In this document: positions 36,445 through 49,649 of the stretch, piece by piece
How positions within the stretch are numbered: position 1 is the first letter of the stretch
How the letters are laid out: the number at the start of each line of letters is the position of its first letter
From: Chiloscyllium plagiosum
Lineage: Eukaryota
Direction of reading: 5' to 3'
Assembly (NCBI RefSeq): GCF_004010195.1
Contig: NC_057751.1
Coordinates: 19,306,300 to 19,366,597, forward strand
DNA: 60,298 nucleotides
Position numbers and translations under genes: made by a program
The notes under the pieces: model-generated
The model's database searches: none
The model's input: only the letters and a program-made list of their open reading frames with translations
What the model was told of the DNA's origin: nothing

Positions 36445-36860
36445 AACTGTATTTACATAGCACCTTTCACATCCTTAGGATATTCCCAAAGAACTTTACA
36501 GACTAGGAGCTACTCTAGTGATAAACACAATTACTACTGTTCTGGAAAACATGCAGGTAATTTGCCCACAATGAACAAAATAATGAACAATTAATTCATT
36601 TCTTTGATCTTGATCAAGGGAGAAATTTTGCCAGGATACCAAGGAAAGCTCACTGGTGCCTCAAGAACCTATACATTCACATGAAGCAATGTGTGGGAGT
36701 TTTGGTTTAATGTCAAAAGACAAAACTTCTGGTGTTGCAGCACATCCTCAGTATTGTACTGCAATTCTCAGCATAGATTATGTAATGAGTCCTGGAGTGG
36801 ATCATGAACCCACAAGGTACATTCTTGAAGTAAAACAGGCACAGATGAGCAAAGCTGAAA
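36445..36860 (-). mobile_element. Deu-domain SINE (SacSINE1/AmnSINE-like), old; a second copy at ~38158-38850 is interrupted by a CR1
   Basis: tttacatagcacctttcac tail, ggtttaatgtc...gcagcacatcctcagtattgtactg core, tRNA-like head. Confidence 0.55.
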
Positions 36861-36961
36861 GGACGGTAGTGGGCTCACTAGCGAAGTATCCTCAGTTTAA
36901 CAGCAAACCACTGTTAGAGGCATGAAATTTGGCAGATATAGGAAAGCAGTTTGGTACTTAC

Positions 36962-37020
36962 GTAGCATTGCTGAAGCCCACATATTCATTACCAGCCATC
37001 TTATTCAGAAAATTCATAAC
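36962..37020 (-). CDS. GLS2: glutaminase exon 9: VMNFLNKMAGNEYVGFSNA(T)
   Basis: 59 bp, cag| and |gtaag. Confidence 0.95.
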
Positions 37021-37899
37021 CTGTGTAAACAAAAACAGAAACTTTAGAGCCAGGCTCCCATTTCAAAAACAGTGAGGCTACTCTGCTACAGACAGGATGG
37101 AAAGCACAGCTGCATGTCAGAATCATGTAGGTCTGGCAAAATTTAAGCTTCCTTTAGAGTCCGTGGGAAATCCTTTATAAGATACTTTTGATTCCTGTTA
37201 TGCAGGCATTGTCTGTAATTTAAATATATCTAACAAAAAATCATTTTAATTTTAAGTGTGATTAGCATTAAGCAACATAGAGTGGAATCAGATTATGTAC
37301 ATTTGCGATGTTACTTACCAATATGTCAGGAGGGCATCTAATCATGAAAAGGAGAGTACTACTGTATCACTGTTTGAAACCAGTCAATGCTTTGGGTGTT
37401 CACAGTGGGCCCACATCTGATGAGACACATAGTGTAGCATTGCTAAAGAATAACGGATCGCTGGGTGTGATTACTGAAGAGTTATCTAATCTTTAGAGTT
37501 CAGATTACACGGGAACTCACCTACAAAGGCACAGTTTACCTATTTAGTGGCAATAATATATAGTTGGAAAAAACACGACAAGCATTGAATGCATACCATG
37601 AACCAATAGTGATGGATTACACAAGGTAACACAGAGATGAGGTTAATAATGTGGAGTTTTTTGCACTTTATGAAGCTGTTGTAGAGATATCTCTAGTGTT
37701 TTTTGCTATCCTAACAGTGCCAATCTTGCCTTTTAAATTTAAACAGTCCAATCATGCAAGCATGTATTTAAGTTCAGCAAATTTGATCTTCTGCATCTCC
37801 AGTCAGATTATGAGATGTTTGCATGTATCCTACCAGATTAAAGAGCCTCAAGGTAAATCACTGATTTTGTTTGTATACTGCTGTTTGTGATATACTCAC

Positions 37900-37932
37900 A
37901 CAGTCAAACTTCTCCGCTTTGTTAGCTCCAGG
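37900..37932 (-). CDS. GLS2: glutaminase exon 8 (33 bp): PGANKAEKFDC
   Basis: cag| and |gtgag. NKAEKFD as in GLS2. Confidence 0.92.
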
Positions 37933-38299
37933 CTGCAAATACAAGAGGAAATTAGCATCAGTTTGAAAAATATTCCACAGGTACTTTGTTGAAAAGCAAA
38001 TGAAAATATAAAGTATTAGCAGATGCTATGTTGCATCTTAAATATTGTTTTTCTTCCTGTGGTTGGAGAAAGGGAAAGTAGGAAGAAGAGATAGGGACTC
38101 TCAATGATACAAGTGAGAGGGATAGAGAAATAAAAAAGAAACAGAAAAAATGAAGAACTTACATTTATATAGCACCTTTCACAACCTCAGGATGTCCTCA
38201 AGCACTTCAGAGCCAAATAAGTACTTTGAAATGTAAGTAACACAGCAGTCAATTTTGTGCATGTTTTTGCAAACAGCAATGTGTTAATAACCAGATAAT

Positions 38300-38730
38300 A
38301 AGACATAGGAGCAGAAATTTGGCCCATTGAGTCTGCTCTGCCATTCAATCATGGCTGATAGGTTTTTCAACCCCATTTTCCTGCTTTTTCCCCATGACCT
38401 TTGATCCCTCTTGGTAATCAAGAACTTATCTATCTCCATCTTAAATATACTCAATGACCTGGTCTCCACAGCCTCTATGGCAGTGAATTCCACAGATTTA
38501 CCATTCTCTGACTGAAGAAGTTTCTCCTTATCTTTGTTCCAAAGGGTCTTCACTTTATTCTAAGGCTGCGCCCTCGGGTCCTTGTCTCTCCTGCCATTGG
38601 AAACACCTTCTCAACAGCTCCTCTGTTCAGGCCATTCAGTATTCTGTAAGTTTCAATCAGATTCCCTCTCATCCTTCTAAACTCCATTGAGTATAGTCCC
38701 AGAGTCCTCAACATTCCTCATATGTTAAGC
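38300..38730 (-). mobile_element. CR1 3' fragment
   Basis: EAVETRSLSIFKMEIDKFL; acataggagcaga end. Confidence 0.8.
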
Positions 38731-39491
38731 AATATGTTGATTGAGAAAAAAATATTGGGTAGACCATCCTCTTTCCCTGGGATCTTTAGTGCAAATGGGC
38801 TGGGTCTCGGTTTAATATCTCAACCGAAAATGCCAGCTCCAACAGAGAGATGTATGGATACCAAGTGAGAGAGACGTGTAGTGATGTTACAAACAACAAT
38901 TTTCTGTCTGCACTTATTTGATGTATTGGCCTGACTGCTGCAGAAGCCACCCATGATATAAATGAACCAATTTCCACAATCAGACAATTGTACGAAAATA
39001 GTCCTTGAAGTAATTGCACAATATATTAAACCATCTGACTTAACAATTGACCCTAAAGTGAGGGACCAGAATTTGATATTAAAGCAGGAATTTGGGATTT
39101 ACTCAAGCACACTGTAACATATTTAACATTAACCAGCCAGTATTAACTGAAATGTAAATGAGCTTTGGAACAGAAAGATTGGGGATGTGCAGGCAGGAGT
39201 TAGCAACAATAAGAGAGCTTTTTATTTTTATAGGGATTGTGTAATATTAGTCAGTGTGATTTCTGATTACCGAAGGTATTAAATACTGGCTAAATGCAGA
39301 TTGTCAGCAGCCGACTGAATGTATTTACTCTCTTCTAATGGGTCTACTCGTCACTCCATCTGACTGAAAAACAACCTTGCTCTGCAGTTTTGTTGAAGTC
39401 TTAAAAGACTTGTGTGTCTAGAATAGAGATTGTTAAAAGCCACAGTACAAAGTGAAACAGCAGATTTCTCATTAATTCTTCCCAATGATGA

Positions 39492-39843
39492 TAGAATCAC
39501 AGAATCCCTATAGTGTGGAATCAAGTCATTTGGTCTCTCGAGTCCACACCGACCCTCTGAAGAACATCACACCCAGACCCACTCCCCTACCTTATCTCTG
39601 TAACCGTGCATTTGCTGTGGCTAATCCACCTAGCCTGCACATCCCTGGACACTATGTGTAATTCAGAATAGCCAATCTACCCCAACCTGCACATCTTAGG
39701 ACTGTGGGAGGAAAGTGGAGCACCTGGAGGAAAGCCACACAGACAACAGAATGGGCAAACTCCACATGGACAACCGCCTAAGGCTGGAATCAAACCTGGG
39801 TCCCTGGTGCTATGAGGCAGCAGTGCTAACCACTGAGCCACCG
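39492..39843 (-). mobile_element. HE1-type V-SINE
   Basis: V-domain, tRNA head, CR1-like tail. Confidence 0.85.
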
Positions 39844-39987
39844 TTTTAGGTTTTAAAAATAAAATATATATTATATGAATCAAGAAGGTTTCAGGTTTAA
39901 ACTGCAGTTTCTGTTCATGTAACTCATCTCAACAGGCAGTAGGTGTAGCACTGTTGGAGTGAGGATGGAAAGAACAGAACTTCCATA

Positions 39988-40606
39988 TCCGCCACAAATT
40001 CACCTGCACTTCCACACACATCATCTACTGCATCCGCTGCACCCGATGTGGCCTCCTCTGTATTGGGGAGACAGGCCGCCTACTTGCGGAACATTTCAGA
40101 GAACACCTCTGGGACACCCGGACCAACCACCCTGTAGCCCAACACTTTAACTCCCCCTCCCACTCCACCAAGGACATGCAGGTCCTTGGACTCCTCCATC
40201 GCCAGACCACAACAACACAACGGTTGGAGGAAGAGCGCTTCATTTCCACCTGGGAACCCTCCAACCACAACGGATGAACTCAAGATTTCTCCAGTTTCCT
40301 CATTTCCCCTCCCCCCACCTTGTCTCAGTCAAATCCCTCGAATTCAGCACCACCTTCCTAACCTGCAATCTTCTTCCTGACCTCTCCGCCCCCACCCCAC
40401 TCCGGCCTATCACCCTCACCTTGACCTCCCTCCACCTATCGCATTTCCAAAGCCCCTCCCCCAAGTCCCTCCTCCCTACCTTTTATCTTAGCCTGCTGGA
40501 CACACTTTCCTCATTCCTGAAGAAGGGCTTATGCCCGAAATGTCGATTCTCCTGTTCCTTGGATGCTGCCTGACCTGCTGCGCTTTTCCAGCAACACATT
40601 TTCAGC
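39988..40606 (+). mobile_element. Penelope-like 3' fragment (GIY-YIG) joined to its terminal repeat
   Basis: FTCTSTHIIYCIRCTRCGLLCIGETGR...PVAQHFNSPSH. Hammerhead core at 40517-40544. Links the short repeat to an autonomous PLE. Confidence 0.88.
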
Positions 40607-41229
40607 AAAGAAAAGGATTACCCAGGGAGCAGGAATCTTTCCCACTGCCGACCAGGGATAGTGAGGTTAGTTGTCTCTCTAGAACACCAGTGATGTGATA
40701 GAGCTTGTGTTAACTCAGAGTTCTTGGCATTGCCTTAGCTTTGCTTTTTGGGGCAAGTGCCAGCAGAAAGGGCACAACTCACCTCAATGCCAACTTGGGC
40801 AAAGCCTACATCAGATTTGAAGACATGATCCCAAACTGTTTCTGTTGTCTGGCTTTGTGGACTTGGTATCAAGTAATAACCTTGAGAGAACAGACAAGCA
40901 AATTGTTCTGATGCATCTGCAATTTTGTTCTGCAGCCAATGTCTGTAACTGTTATTAAGTGGCTCACATAGTTCAATGCTTAACTTCTTGTCAGTACCTT
41001 CTCTGAAGATTACTTGGAACCCACCAAGTAGGGAATCATGGAACTAAACATCGTTCTTATGAGATGCATTATATTAATTCACAGCCTACAGTAGTAGACT
41101 GGTCCAACCTATATTCCTACTATTGTCCTTCATTCTCATCTTACACCTATTGAGCATTAGGTGCAACTAATTTAAGAAGAGAGTTATTGTGACATTTTCA
41201 AACCCTGCAGTGATACCTTTATGTTGAGT

Positions 41230-42420
41230 CTCCCAGATGGTGCATCCTGGCGACTCGTTTCTTCCACAGGTTGTGTGACCTCAACTATGACATGCAGCAC
41301 CTGTTTATTGACTTTGCGGGTCTTCAGGTCTCCCTCAGGGTGCTGCCTGTCTTTTACCAGGATCTGATTAATGTCTGGAACATGGTCGACTCACACCAGG
41401 TCTTCCTGTCATCAGGAGTAGAGGCTATTGAGTGGCTGGTGGAGAGGAGCGCTGTGGCCACGGGGATGTCCAGAGTCGGACATGCTGGGTGACGGAGGCC
41501 TGGTCTGGATGTCGCTGCAGGAAATGGCAGCGATGGATGTCCAGTTTGCAGCCAGCACCATCTGTCACCTGAAAACAGCAGTACTCGGACCTAACGTCGT
41601 GCACCAGTTGGAGGATCCACAGATGTGCGGTGGAATCTCGTCACTGCTGACCCCTGCTTGGATGGAATTTCACATTGGCCCCAAGGTCCTGAACTTCCCT
41701 CAGGAGCCTGTGACCCACAACCTGAACTGCCTCATGGGAATGTCCTGTGTGTTCTTCTGACTGGCGCATAGGGGTGTTTTTTACAGGTTGCTGTTGCACA
41801 CCAGCCACCCCGACTCCTTCATCTACCATCTGGACACCCTGGGCAATGGAGATCTCCAGTAGAGGTTGCTCAACACAGGACTCCTCCCATTTTCCATCAG
41901 GGACCTTGAATAGAGGGTATTGCATGTAGCAGTCTCTTATATCCTCAGGTTACCGTGGTTCACGGACTTCCAGCCCAACAGTTTATCTTGCGATGCTGTG
42001 GAGTCCATGTATTTTATTGGTTGTGGACAATTGCACCCCCTTTTTAGTGTTTGAGAAATGTTTTGCTGTGCTTTTGATTGCACTTCAGACTCATATTCCT
42101 AATCTTTGGATATCCGGTATGGAGGGATATGGGCAGATTGAAGGGCCTCCTGGTGGGTCTGCTCCTGGCCTGACCAGGCTGGCAGTAAATCGGTCCAGGT
42201 AGCAGGCTGTGGGAGGGGGTCATATCTGTTGGCTGTCTGACCTTCCTCTGCAGCTACATGTCATTGGAGAAGGAGTATGTGGTATCCACCAATACTCTAT
42301 GCCTTCAGAGAGAGGTGGGCACTGCAGGGGATACAGTGCGTTATCTCTCCTTTCAGCTCCATTTTGGTTTAGCCCCTTCCCACTCTCCCTCATATTTAAT
42401 GGCCTGCATTGCCTTAATAG
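41230..42420 (+). mobile_element. decayed Tx1/L1-type LINE 3' region
   Basis: LPVFYQDLINVWNMV and a Cys-rich C-terminal remnant; many stops. Confidence 0.55.
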
Positions 42421-42489
42421 GCTTTGCACGTAAATTATTCAGTTCGAAATAGTGATGATTTATGGTAGTGGTAGTGGATAATAGAAGTG

Positions 42490-42822
42490 GGGCAGCACGG
42501 TGGCTCAGTGGTTAGCACTGTTGCCTCACAGCACCAGGGTCCCGGGTTCGTTTCCCGCCTCAGGCAACTGTCTGTGTGGAGTTTGCACATTCTCCCCGTG
42601 TCTGCGTGAGTTTCTTCCAGGTGCTCTGGTTTCCTCCCAGAATCCAAAGATGTGCAGGTTAGGTGAATTGGCCGAGCTAAATTGTCCATAGTGTTAGGTG
42701 CATCAGTCAGGGGTAAATATAGAGTAGGGGAATAGGTCTGGGCGGGTTACTCTTCGGAGGGCGTTGTGGACTTGCTGGGCCGAAGGGCCTGTTTCCATAC
42801 TGTAGGGGATCTAATCTAATCT
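42490..42822 (+). mobile_element. HE1-type V-SINE, full length
   Basis: A box tggctcagtgg, B box ggttcgtttcc, V-domain, (atcta)n tail. Confidence 0.9.
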
Positions 42823-43020
42823 CAAAAAATACCACAGGTGATTTAGTGATGGGGGGGCAGGGCTACAATGCTCAGTTGTGTGTAAGAGCACTTCTGGATA
42901 TAAAAAATAAAACAAAATGACAATTTGAGGGCTCTTATGGTGCAGTGGACCTTTGAGCTAAAAGGTCTGGGCTAAGTCACACCTGCTCCACCAGTGTGTT
43001 ATATCAGGACAGATTAATTT

Positions 43021-43692
43021 AAGGTGTAGGTTTGCTCACTGAGGTTTGATATCCAGACGTTTCATTACCTGGCTCGGTAACATCATCAGTGGCGACCTCC
43101 AAGTGAAGCGAAGCTGTTGTCTCCTGCTTTCTATTTATATCTTTCTCTTGGATGGGGTTCCTGGGGTTTGTGGTGATGTTATTTCCTGTTCGTTTTCTGA
43201 GAGGTTGATAGATGGCATCTAGATCTATGTGTTTGTTTATGGCGTTGTGGTTGGAGTGCCAGGCCTCTAGGAATTCTCTGGCATGTCTTTGCTTAGCCTG
43301 CCCCAGGATAGATGTGATGTCCCAGTCGAAATAGTGGGTTTTTTCATGCGTGTGTAGGGCTACGAGGGAGAGAGGGTCGGGTCTTTTTGTGGCTAGCTGG
43401 TGTTCGTGTATCCTGGTGGCTAACTTTCTTCCTGTTTGTCCTACGTAGTGTTTGTGGCAATCCTTGCATGGAATTTTGTAGATGACGTTGGTTTTGTCCA
43501 TGGGATGTACTGGGTCTTTTTAAGTTTGTTAGTTTTTGTTTGAGAGTGTTGGTGGGTTTCTGTGCTACTAGGATTCTGAGGGGTCTTAGTAGTCTGGCTG
43601 TCATTTCTGAAACTTCTTTGATGTATGGTAAGGTGGTTAGGGTTTCTGGCTGTGTTTGGTCTGCTTGTCGTGGTTTGTTCTTGAGTAATTTT
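43021..43692 (-). mobile_element. Penelope-like 3' fragment with GIY-YIG endonuclease
   Basis: TLPYIKEVSE...; KTNVIYKIPCKDCHKHYVGQTGRKLATRIHEH...REFLEAW. Confidence 0.9.
43053..43092 (-). ncRNA. minimal type I hammerhead ribozyme motif
   Basis: CCA-CUGAUGA-U-GUUACC-gagcca-GGUAAU-GAAAC-GUC|UGG: complete core, 6-bp stem II, 3-bp stem I. Activity untested. Confidence 0.7.
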
Positions 43693-43960
43693 ATTGAAAA
43701 AAGTGTCATAACTACCTTAGCAACATTGACCGATTATAATTCACCACATTAGGTTGATTACTCTATAGGGTTGTTTCTGAAAGGAAGTAAAATGTAGTGT
43801 AAACAATATTGTGACAATACTTTTAAGATCATTTTATTGTGCCTACTGTAGGGCTGAATTTCCCTCCAGGTGCTAGCCTGTTAGCACAGTTTGTCACACC
43901 AATTAGTTACTCTGCCCAAGACCTCCTTCAATCCCTGTCCAAGTTGCCTTGTTATCTTAC

Positions 43961-44019
43961 CTTGATAAGTGAGGTAACAACAATTGCTCCTGCATTGACC
44001 ATGGGATTGTGGGGTTTAT
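43961..44019 (-). CDS. GLS2: glutaminase exon 7: (D)KPHNPMVNAGAIVVTSLIK
   Basis: 59 bp, ttag| and |gtaag; NPMVNAGAI motif. Confidence 0.96.
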
Positions 44020-44449
44020 CTAAAGAGAAAACAACATGTTTAGATTAATGGTATGAAGTTTTGATATGACATTAAAGCACACGCAAATCTGAAGATCATG
44101 AAACAGGGATTCTTTATTTCACTGCATCAGGTCTTTACAAATATGAAGGGAAATTAAGGCTTAACTAGGAAAGCAGTGTAAGTACATGGAATTAAGTCTA
44201 GCTCACATCAAGCTGAGGAAATCCTTTGTCTGTGTCTACCTGTCTCCATGAGGCTTAATTTTGACAAAGAACGGTTTCCTCCAGAGACAGTCTGTACAAC
44301 TGCTCAAGTTCCCCTGCTCAGTACACTTCCTCCCTGTCACCATCTCCTGCTGGAGGCACCATGACATGTTTCCCTGCTTGATATTTTCCAATCAACCTGT
44401 TCAGAGATATTACACACTTCTGGAGCAGGTTGATTAGAGCATGACAAAT

Positions 44450-45370
44450 CTTACAGCAGCTCCAGGACATCTCTTCAGGAGTTCCTCAGGGTAGTGTCCT
44501 AGGCTCAACCATCTTTAGCTACTTCATCAATGACCTTCCGCAATCATAAGGTCAGAAGTGGGATGTTCACTGATGATTGCACAAAGTTCAGCACCATTTG
44601 TGACTCCTGCGATACTGAAGCAGTCCATGTTGATATGCAACAAGATCTGGAAAATATCCAGGCTTGGGCTGACAAATGGCAAGTAACATTTGTGTCACAC
44701 AAATGCTCCTTGACATTCAATGGTGTTATCATCACTGAATCCCCCACTATCAACATCCTGGGGGTTACGTTTGACCAACTGGACTTGCCACGTAAACGCA
44801 ATGGCTACAAAAGCAGGTCAGAGGCTAGGAATACTGCAGCGAGTAACTCACCTCCTAAATTCCCAAGGCCTGTCCATCATCTACAAGATACAAGTCAGGA
44901 GTGTGATGGAATACTCCTTACTTGCCTGGATGGGTGCAGCTCCAACAACACCCAAGAAGCTTGACACCATCCAGGATGAAGCAGCTCCTGCTTGACTGGC
45001 ACCACATCCACTCCCTGCACCACCAACGATCAGTAGCAGCAGTGTGTACTAGCTACAAGATTCACTGCAGAAATTTACCAAGGCTTCTTAGACAGCACTT
45101 TCCAAACACACAACCAATTCCATCTCGAATGACAAGGGCAGCAGATACATGGAAACACCACCCCCTGACTTGGAAATATATTGCTGATACTTCATTGTCA
45201 CTGAGTCAGCATCCTGGAATTCCCTCCCTAAGGATATCGTGGGTCTACCCACAGCAGGCAGACTGTAACAGTTCAAGAAGACAACTCACCCTCACCTTTT
45301 CAAAGGCATCTAGGGACAGGCAATAAATGCTGGCTAGTGATGCCCACATCCCACAAATGAATTTTTAAAA
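44450..45370 (+). mobile_element. CR1-clade LINE 3' part, apparently inserted into a short SINE (halves at ~44388-44432 and ~45375-45440)
   Basis: GVPQGSVLG, FTDD, MQQDLENIQAWADKWQVTF, YKIQVRSVMEYS. Confidence 0.85.
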
Positions 45371-46339
45371 ATGGTCAGATTTGAACTTGGGCCTTCTGGC
45401 TTAGAGGAAGGGACATTACCACTGTGCAACAAGTGCCCTTCAGTTCCCTACTTGGGACGTGCTATTCTGGCAATGACATATAGCACATAACAGCAGTCAG
45501 CGAACATTTATCTGATCAGGAAATACACTAGCGCCTCTTGCTTCAGTTACTACCTCCCAGCGTCTCTTCTAGGGCTGGAGTAGGCCTCCTCACACCAGAT
45601 GAGCACCCTAGATTCACAACATATGGGTCACTCCAGAATTTCTCATTGCTGTCTGACTCCATTTCACTTGAGCCATCACTCACCAACACTTCAGGTTCTG
45701 TAATACAGCGGAGTAGGCTGCTTGCTTCCACATCATCCACCAGACCTCTGGCCTTTAGCAGCTCCCTCTGTGAACTAATTTCCAAAGCTGCCTTCCAGCT
45801 ACTGGTTCAACAACATAGGTGTGACCACGAATGTCTGGCTGTTTGATTACTGAGGTTCAGGATCCCAAATATCTGGGGCCTTTTGGTTAAAGGTGGGAAG
45901 GGCCTGTATGAACTTGGTGAAGATATACATAAGTATGCGAACATGCTGCTGGGTTTAAAAACCATAACATCCATTGTAATGATTTCTGGAGCTCTCTTGG
46001 CAATTAGGGATTTTGTGCTGGGGTGAAGTCACTTCCCTGCTTTGGCCAAAGTCCACCTCTCTCAATTTCAAGAGTAGTCATCAATATCAGCTACAATCCC
46101 ACGCAATGGCCAAGTTAACGCGCAACTGCTGGTGAACTCTGCACACGCCAATTGTCGTGTCACTGCATGGCTTCTGCTTAAGAAGCTGTTGCTGTGCACA
46201 GATCTTGAAGGTCCACAGAGGAGGAAGAAAATGTAGAGGGAATATTGATCCTAGTAACACCATAGTTTGGTCAGTGCAGTCATCTTTTCTGTTGCTTAGT
46301 ATCCTGTTTGATCATGAACTGGTACCAACGCTTAAAATT

Positions 46340-47500
46340 TGAGAGTGTCAGGAAGGATGAGTTGCTTCACCTCACTCTCCTTGTAATGAACCAACTGATA
46401 GAGGATACTATCCCTTCCCTGATCCTTTTGAGGAAGAAAGGTGGAAAACTGCGAATCTCTGATTACCAGGCACTCAACACAAAGGATGCCTACCCTCCAC
46501 CTACGATTAAGGAAACATAACAAATTCTTAAAAAGTGCAAAGTATTTCTGCAGCCTCGATTTGTCCCATGGTTATAACCAGCTACCTATTGTTGAACAAG
46601 ACGTTAATACAATTTCATTCCAAATGGGTACTGGGGGATTTTACAAATTCATGAGAATGCTGTTTACCCCTGCCAGCTTCATGTATGTGATGGACAAAGC
46701 GTTGGTAACCTTAATTTCCAGTCACCTCTTGTGTGTTTGTACATACTCATCTTTGCACATGACATTCAAAGAGCCCTTACAGACTAGACACCATCTTAGC
46801 CTGCTAGTCAAAGTTCAACTTGAAAGTTTGACCAGAGAAATGCCAACTTTTCCTGACAAAAGTACAGTATCTTGTGCACTTCATTACTAAAGAAGGTGAG
46901 TATGATGATGAGTACATCCGAGAGATATAGAGGTGGCCCAATCTAAGATGAAGAGGGAATTGCACAAGTTCTTTGGTCTAGCTTTTTATGTTGAGGTTAT
47001 GTGCTCTACACCACACTTCATGATTTGCTGAGGAAATCCAAGAATACTGAAAGAACGGTGGAAAAGAATGTACAAGGTGCAGTAGTGAATGAAGCATTAT
47101 AGGGACTTTTTCTGTTCCATCAAACTGAAGCTTGTCTTATCACCTATCTTCAGCTATTCAGATTTCCATCTCTCTTTTATGCTGGAAACAAACACCAGTT
47201 TATTTGGTCTACTGTTGCTGTCACAGATTCAAGGGTAGAAGGAATGATTACTGGTTATCACTTACACCAGAGCGTCCAATTGAACAAGAGGAATATGCAA
47301 AATCACTTCAGAATGAAACTCGAACTGCTAACTTTGAGATGAGCTATTTTCCAGAGTTCATGACATTATGACTGGTGCAGCATTTTAAATGTTTATAGAC
47401 ATCAACTCACGTGGCTACTTTTAAATATCTACTAAGTTGGAAGCAACAGAGACCCAATGGGCTACTGAACTCGATCTGTTCCAATTCCAGATTCCAGACA
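46340..47500 (+). mobile_element. decayed Gypsy pol (RT/RNase H)
   Basis: RKKGGKLRISDYQALN...DAYPPPTI...AKYFCSLDLSHGYNQL...YKFMRM. Confidence 0.75.
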
Positions 47501-48131
47501 AAAGTAATGTACTTGCTGATATCCTTGATCAGAAGACTGACCATGGGAGGGAACCCACTCATTGAAAGGGGCTGTGGCAGTTGCTGTGTCCATTGCCCAG
47601 GTGAAAGACAGCATTCTGACCCTATTCTTTGTGACATTCGGACTGAGTCACTGGAATGTCACCAATGCACTTATGTGAGATCAAAACCAGGTCAAATCAG
47701 ATCCAAATCATCCATGTCGCCAATTAGAAGTTTACATTCAAAGCCCATTATGGGCAGTGTGAACCATCAAAATTGAGTTAGGGTAGTGGTGGAGGTAAGA
47801 GAAAGCATAACGGACTAAATCACAATACAGATGCTGGTGTTGGGTGCACAAATTAATCTGGCACAGCTGGTTTTGAATGATTAATGCCCTGTTAGTGGGC
47901 AAGGTGGCCTAGGAAAGAACACTGCTGTTGATTGCCCTTCATTCCACCAGATTTGGAGAATCCTGTGAGGCACTACAGATGGTGCTTCACCAGTGCTTTG
48001 CTTCAAAATTCCTGCTGTTGTTCATCCAAGTCTCTGACGTAAATAGAAGAATGGGAATCACTGCTGCCTGATTAAACAATGACATTCTTCTCCAGTTTGG
48101 GATCCTGGTCCTCGGATCCTCTTTTCCTCCA

Positions 48132-48420
48132 TTAGATTAGATTAGATTACATACAGCATGGAAACAGGCCCTTCAGCCCAACAAGTCCACACTGACCCTC
48201 TGAAGAGTAACCCACCCAGTCCCATTCCCCTCTGACTAATGCACCTAACACTACGGGCAATTTAGTATGGCCAATTCACCTGACCTGCACATCTTTGGAA
48301 TGTGGGAGGAAACCGGAGCACCCGGGGAAACCCACGCAGACACTGGGAGGATGTGCAAACTCCACACAGTCAGTCGCCCGAGGCTGGAATTGAACCTGGG
48401 ACCCTGGTGCTTAAGGCTAA
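48132..48420 (-). mobile_element. HE1-type V-SINE
   Basis: V-domain, (attag)n tail. Confidence 0.85.
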
Positions 48421-48763
48421 GCTGGTGCATTGGAGGTGTTGATAAATTATCTCTCCCAGTGGGTGACAAACCCTTTCCAGAATCACTGCAGTTAATGCCC
48501 ATCAAGAGGCACAACAGTCATGATTTCCTTTATACAGAAAATTCAAGAAACACCGCAAATCCCTGGCCTTTGTCAACTGTGAAGGCTTCCTGAAAATTGC
48601 TCTCAGGTTTGGCGGTCCTCATAGAAAATTTGTCTTGCACTGAAGGTCTGGAAATGTAAGGGCATTTCTAATCAGCTCCAACATTCCAATCCTCTCTCCC
48701 CCCCCATTTAAGATCAATAGTGAAATACTAGAAAATATGAACTGTTTATCCTTTCTTAGGAAG

Positions 48764-49048
48764 GTAGAATCCCTAATGTGCAGAAAGAGATCATTCAGCC
48801 CATCGAGTCTGTACCAGTCTTCCAAAGAGTATCTCACTTAAATCAAATCCCCAACCCTATCCCCAATGGCCAATCCACCTAACCTGTACATATTCAGACC
48901 ATGGGAGGAAACCAGGACACTCAGTGGAAACCCATGCAGACATGGGAGAATGTGCAAACTCTACAGACAGTTGCCCAAGACTGGAATTGAACTGAGGTCC
49001 CTAGTGCTGTGAGGGAGCAGTGCTAACCACTGAGCCACCATGCCACCC
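48764..49048 (-). mobile_element. HE1-type V-SINE
   Basis: V-domain and tRNA head. Confidence 0.8.
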
Positions 49049-49485
49049 AAATATCTTTTCAATAAAGGCAGATTGTGGCACTATCAGTAGTTGTTATTTT
49101 AAAAAGATTGAAGCTGTAACATTTTATCAGTGTTTATCTTCAATCAGTTTATACACACAAAATATATACATGCAAGAAAACAGCTGTCATATGCACCTTT
49201 GAAATGTCCACACCTTTTATTTTCCTGACTCCATTTATGTGTAATATTCACACTCCAAGTGCTTGAAGTCACTTTTACTTTTTGTTGTCGATGACAGATG
49301 TACTGTTAGTTCTATTATTCTACAGTAAATTACACCTCTATAGCAACAGCTAATCCATAGATGAGATGAAATCTCCTTTGTGTATTTTGTTGCCAAGGGG
49401 AGATGGAACTCTGGTCCTGTATGCTCATCAATTGGGCTAAGACTAGGTGCTTATGAGAGCACTTACACGTTGCTGTGATACTCAC

Positions 49486-49649
49486 CTTCCTCGTTCAAAA
49501 AGACCTTATTGAACCGTAGTCCACTGGGCTCTTTGCCCACATACTGGTGAACATAATCAGTGTTGAACTCATTAACTGCAATGGCATACTCCAATGGCTT
49601 TATGCAGGATTGTAAACAGAAGGGGATTTTGGTGTCTCCAACAGAGTGT
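49486..49649 (-). CDS. GLS2: glutaminase exon 6: (R)[54 protein letters not shown]
   Basis: 164 bp, cag| and |gtgag. Catalytic SxxK (SCIK) and the activation loop. Confidence 0.96.

Noticed and set aside
45540..46200. Acidic 80-aa ORF (45543-45785, -) as an extra GLS2 exon
   Set aside because: Exons 6 and 7 already join in phase with no missing residues. More likely a remnant associated with the adjacent Gypsy.
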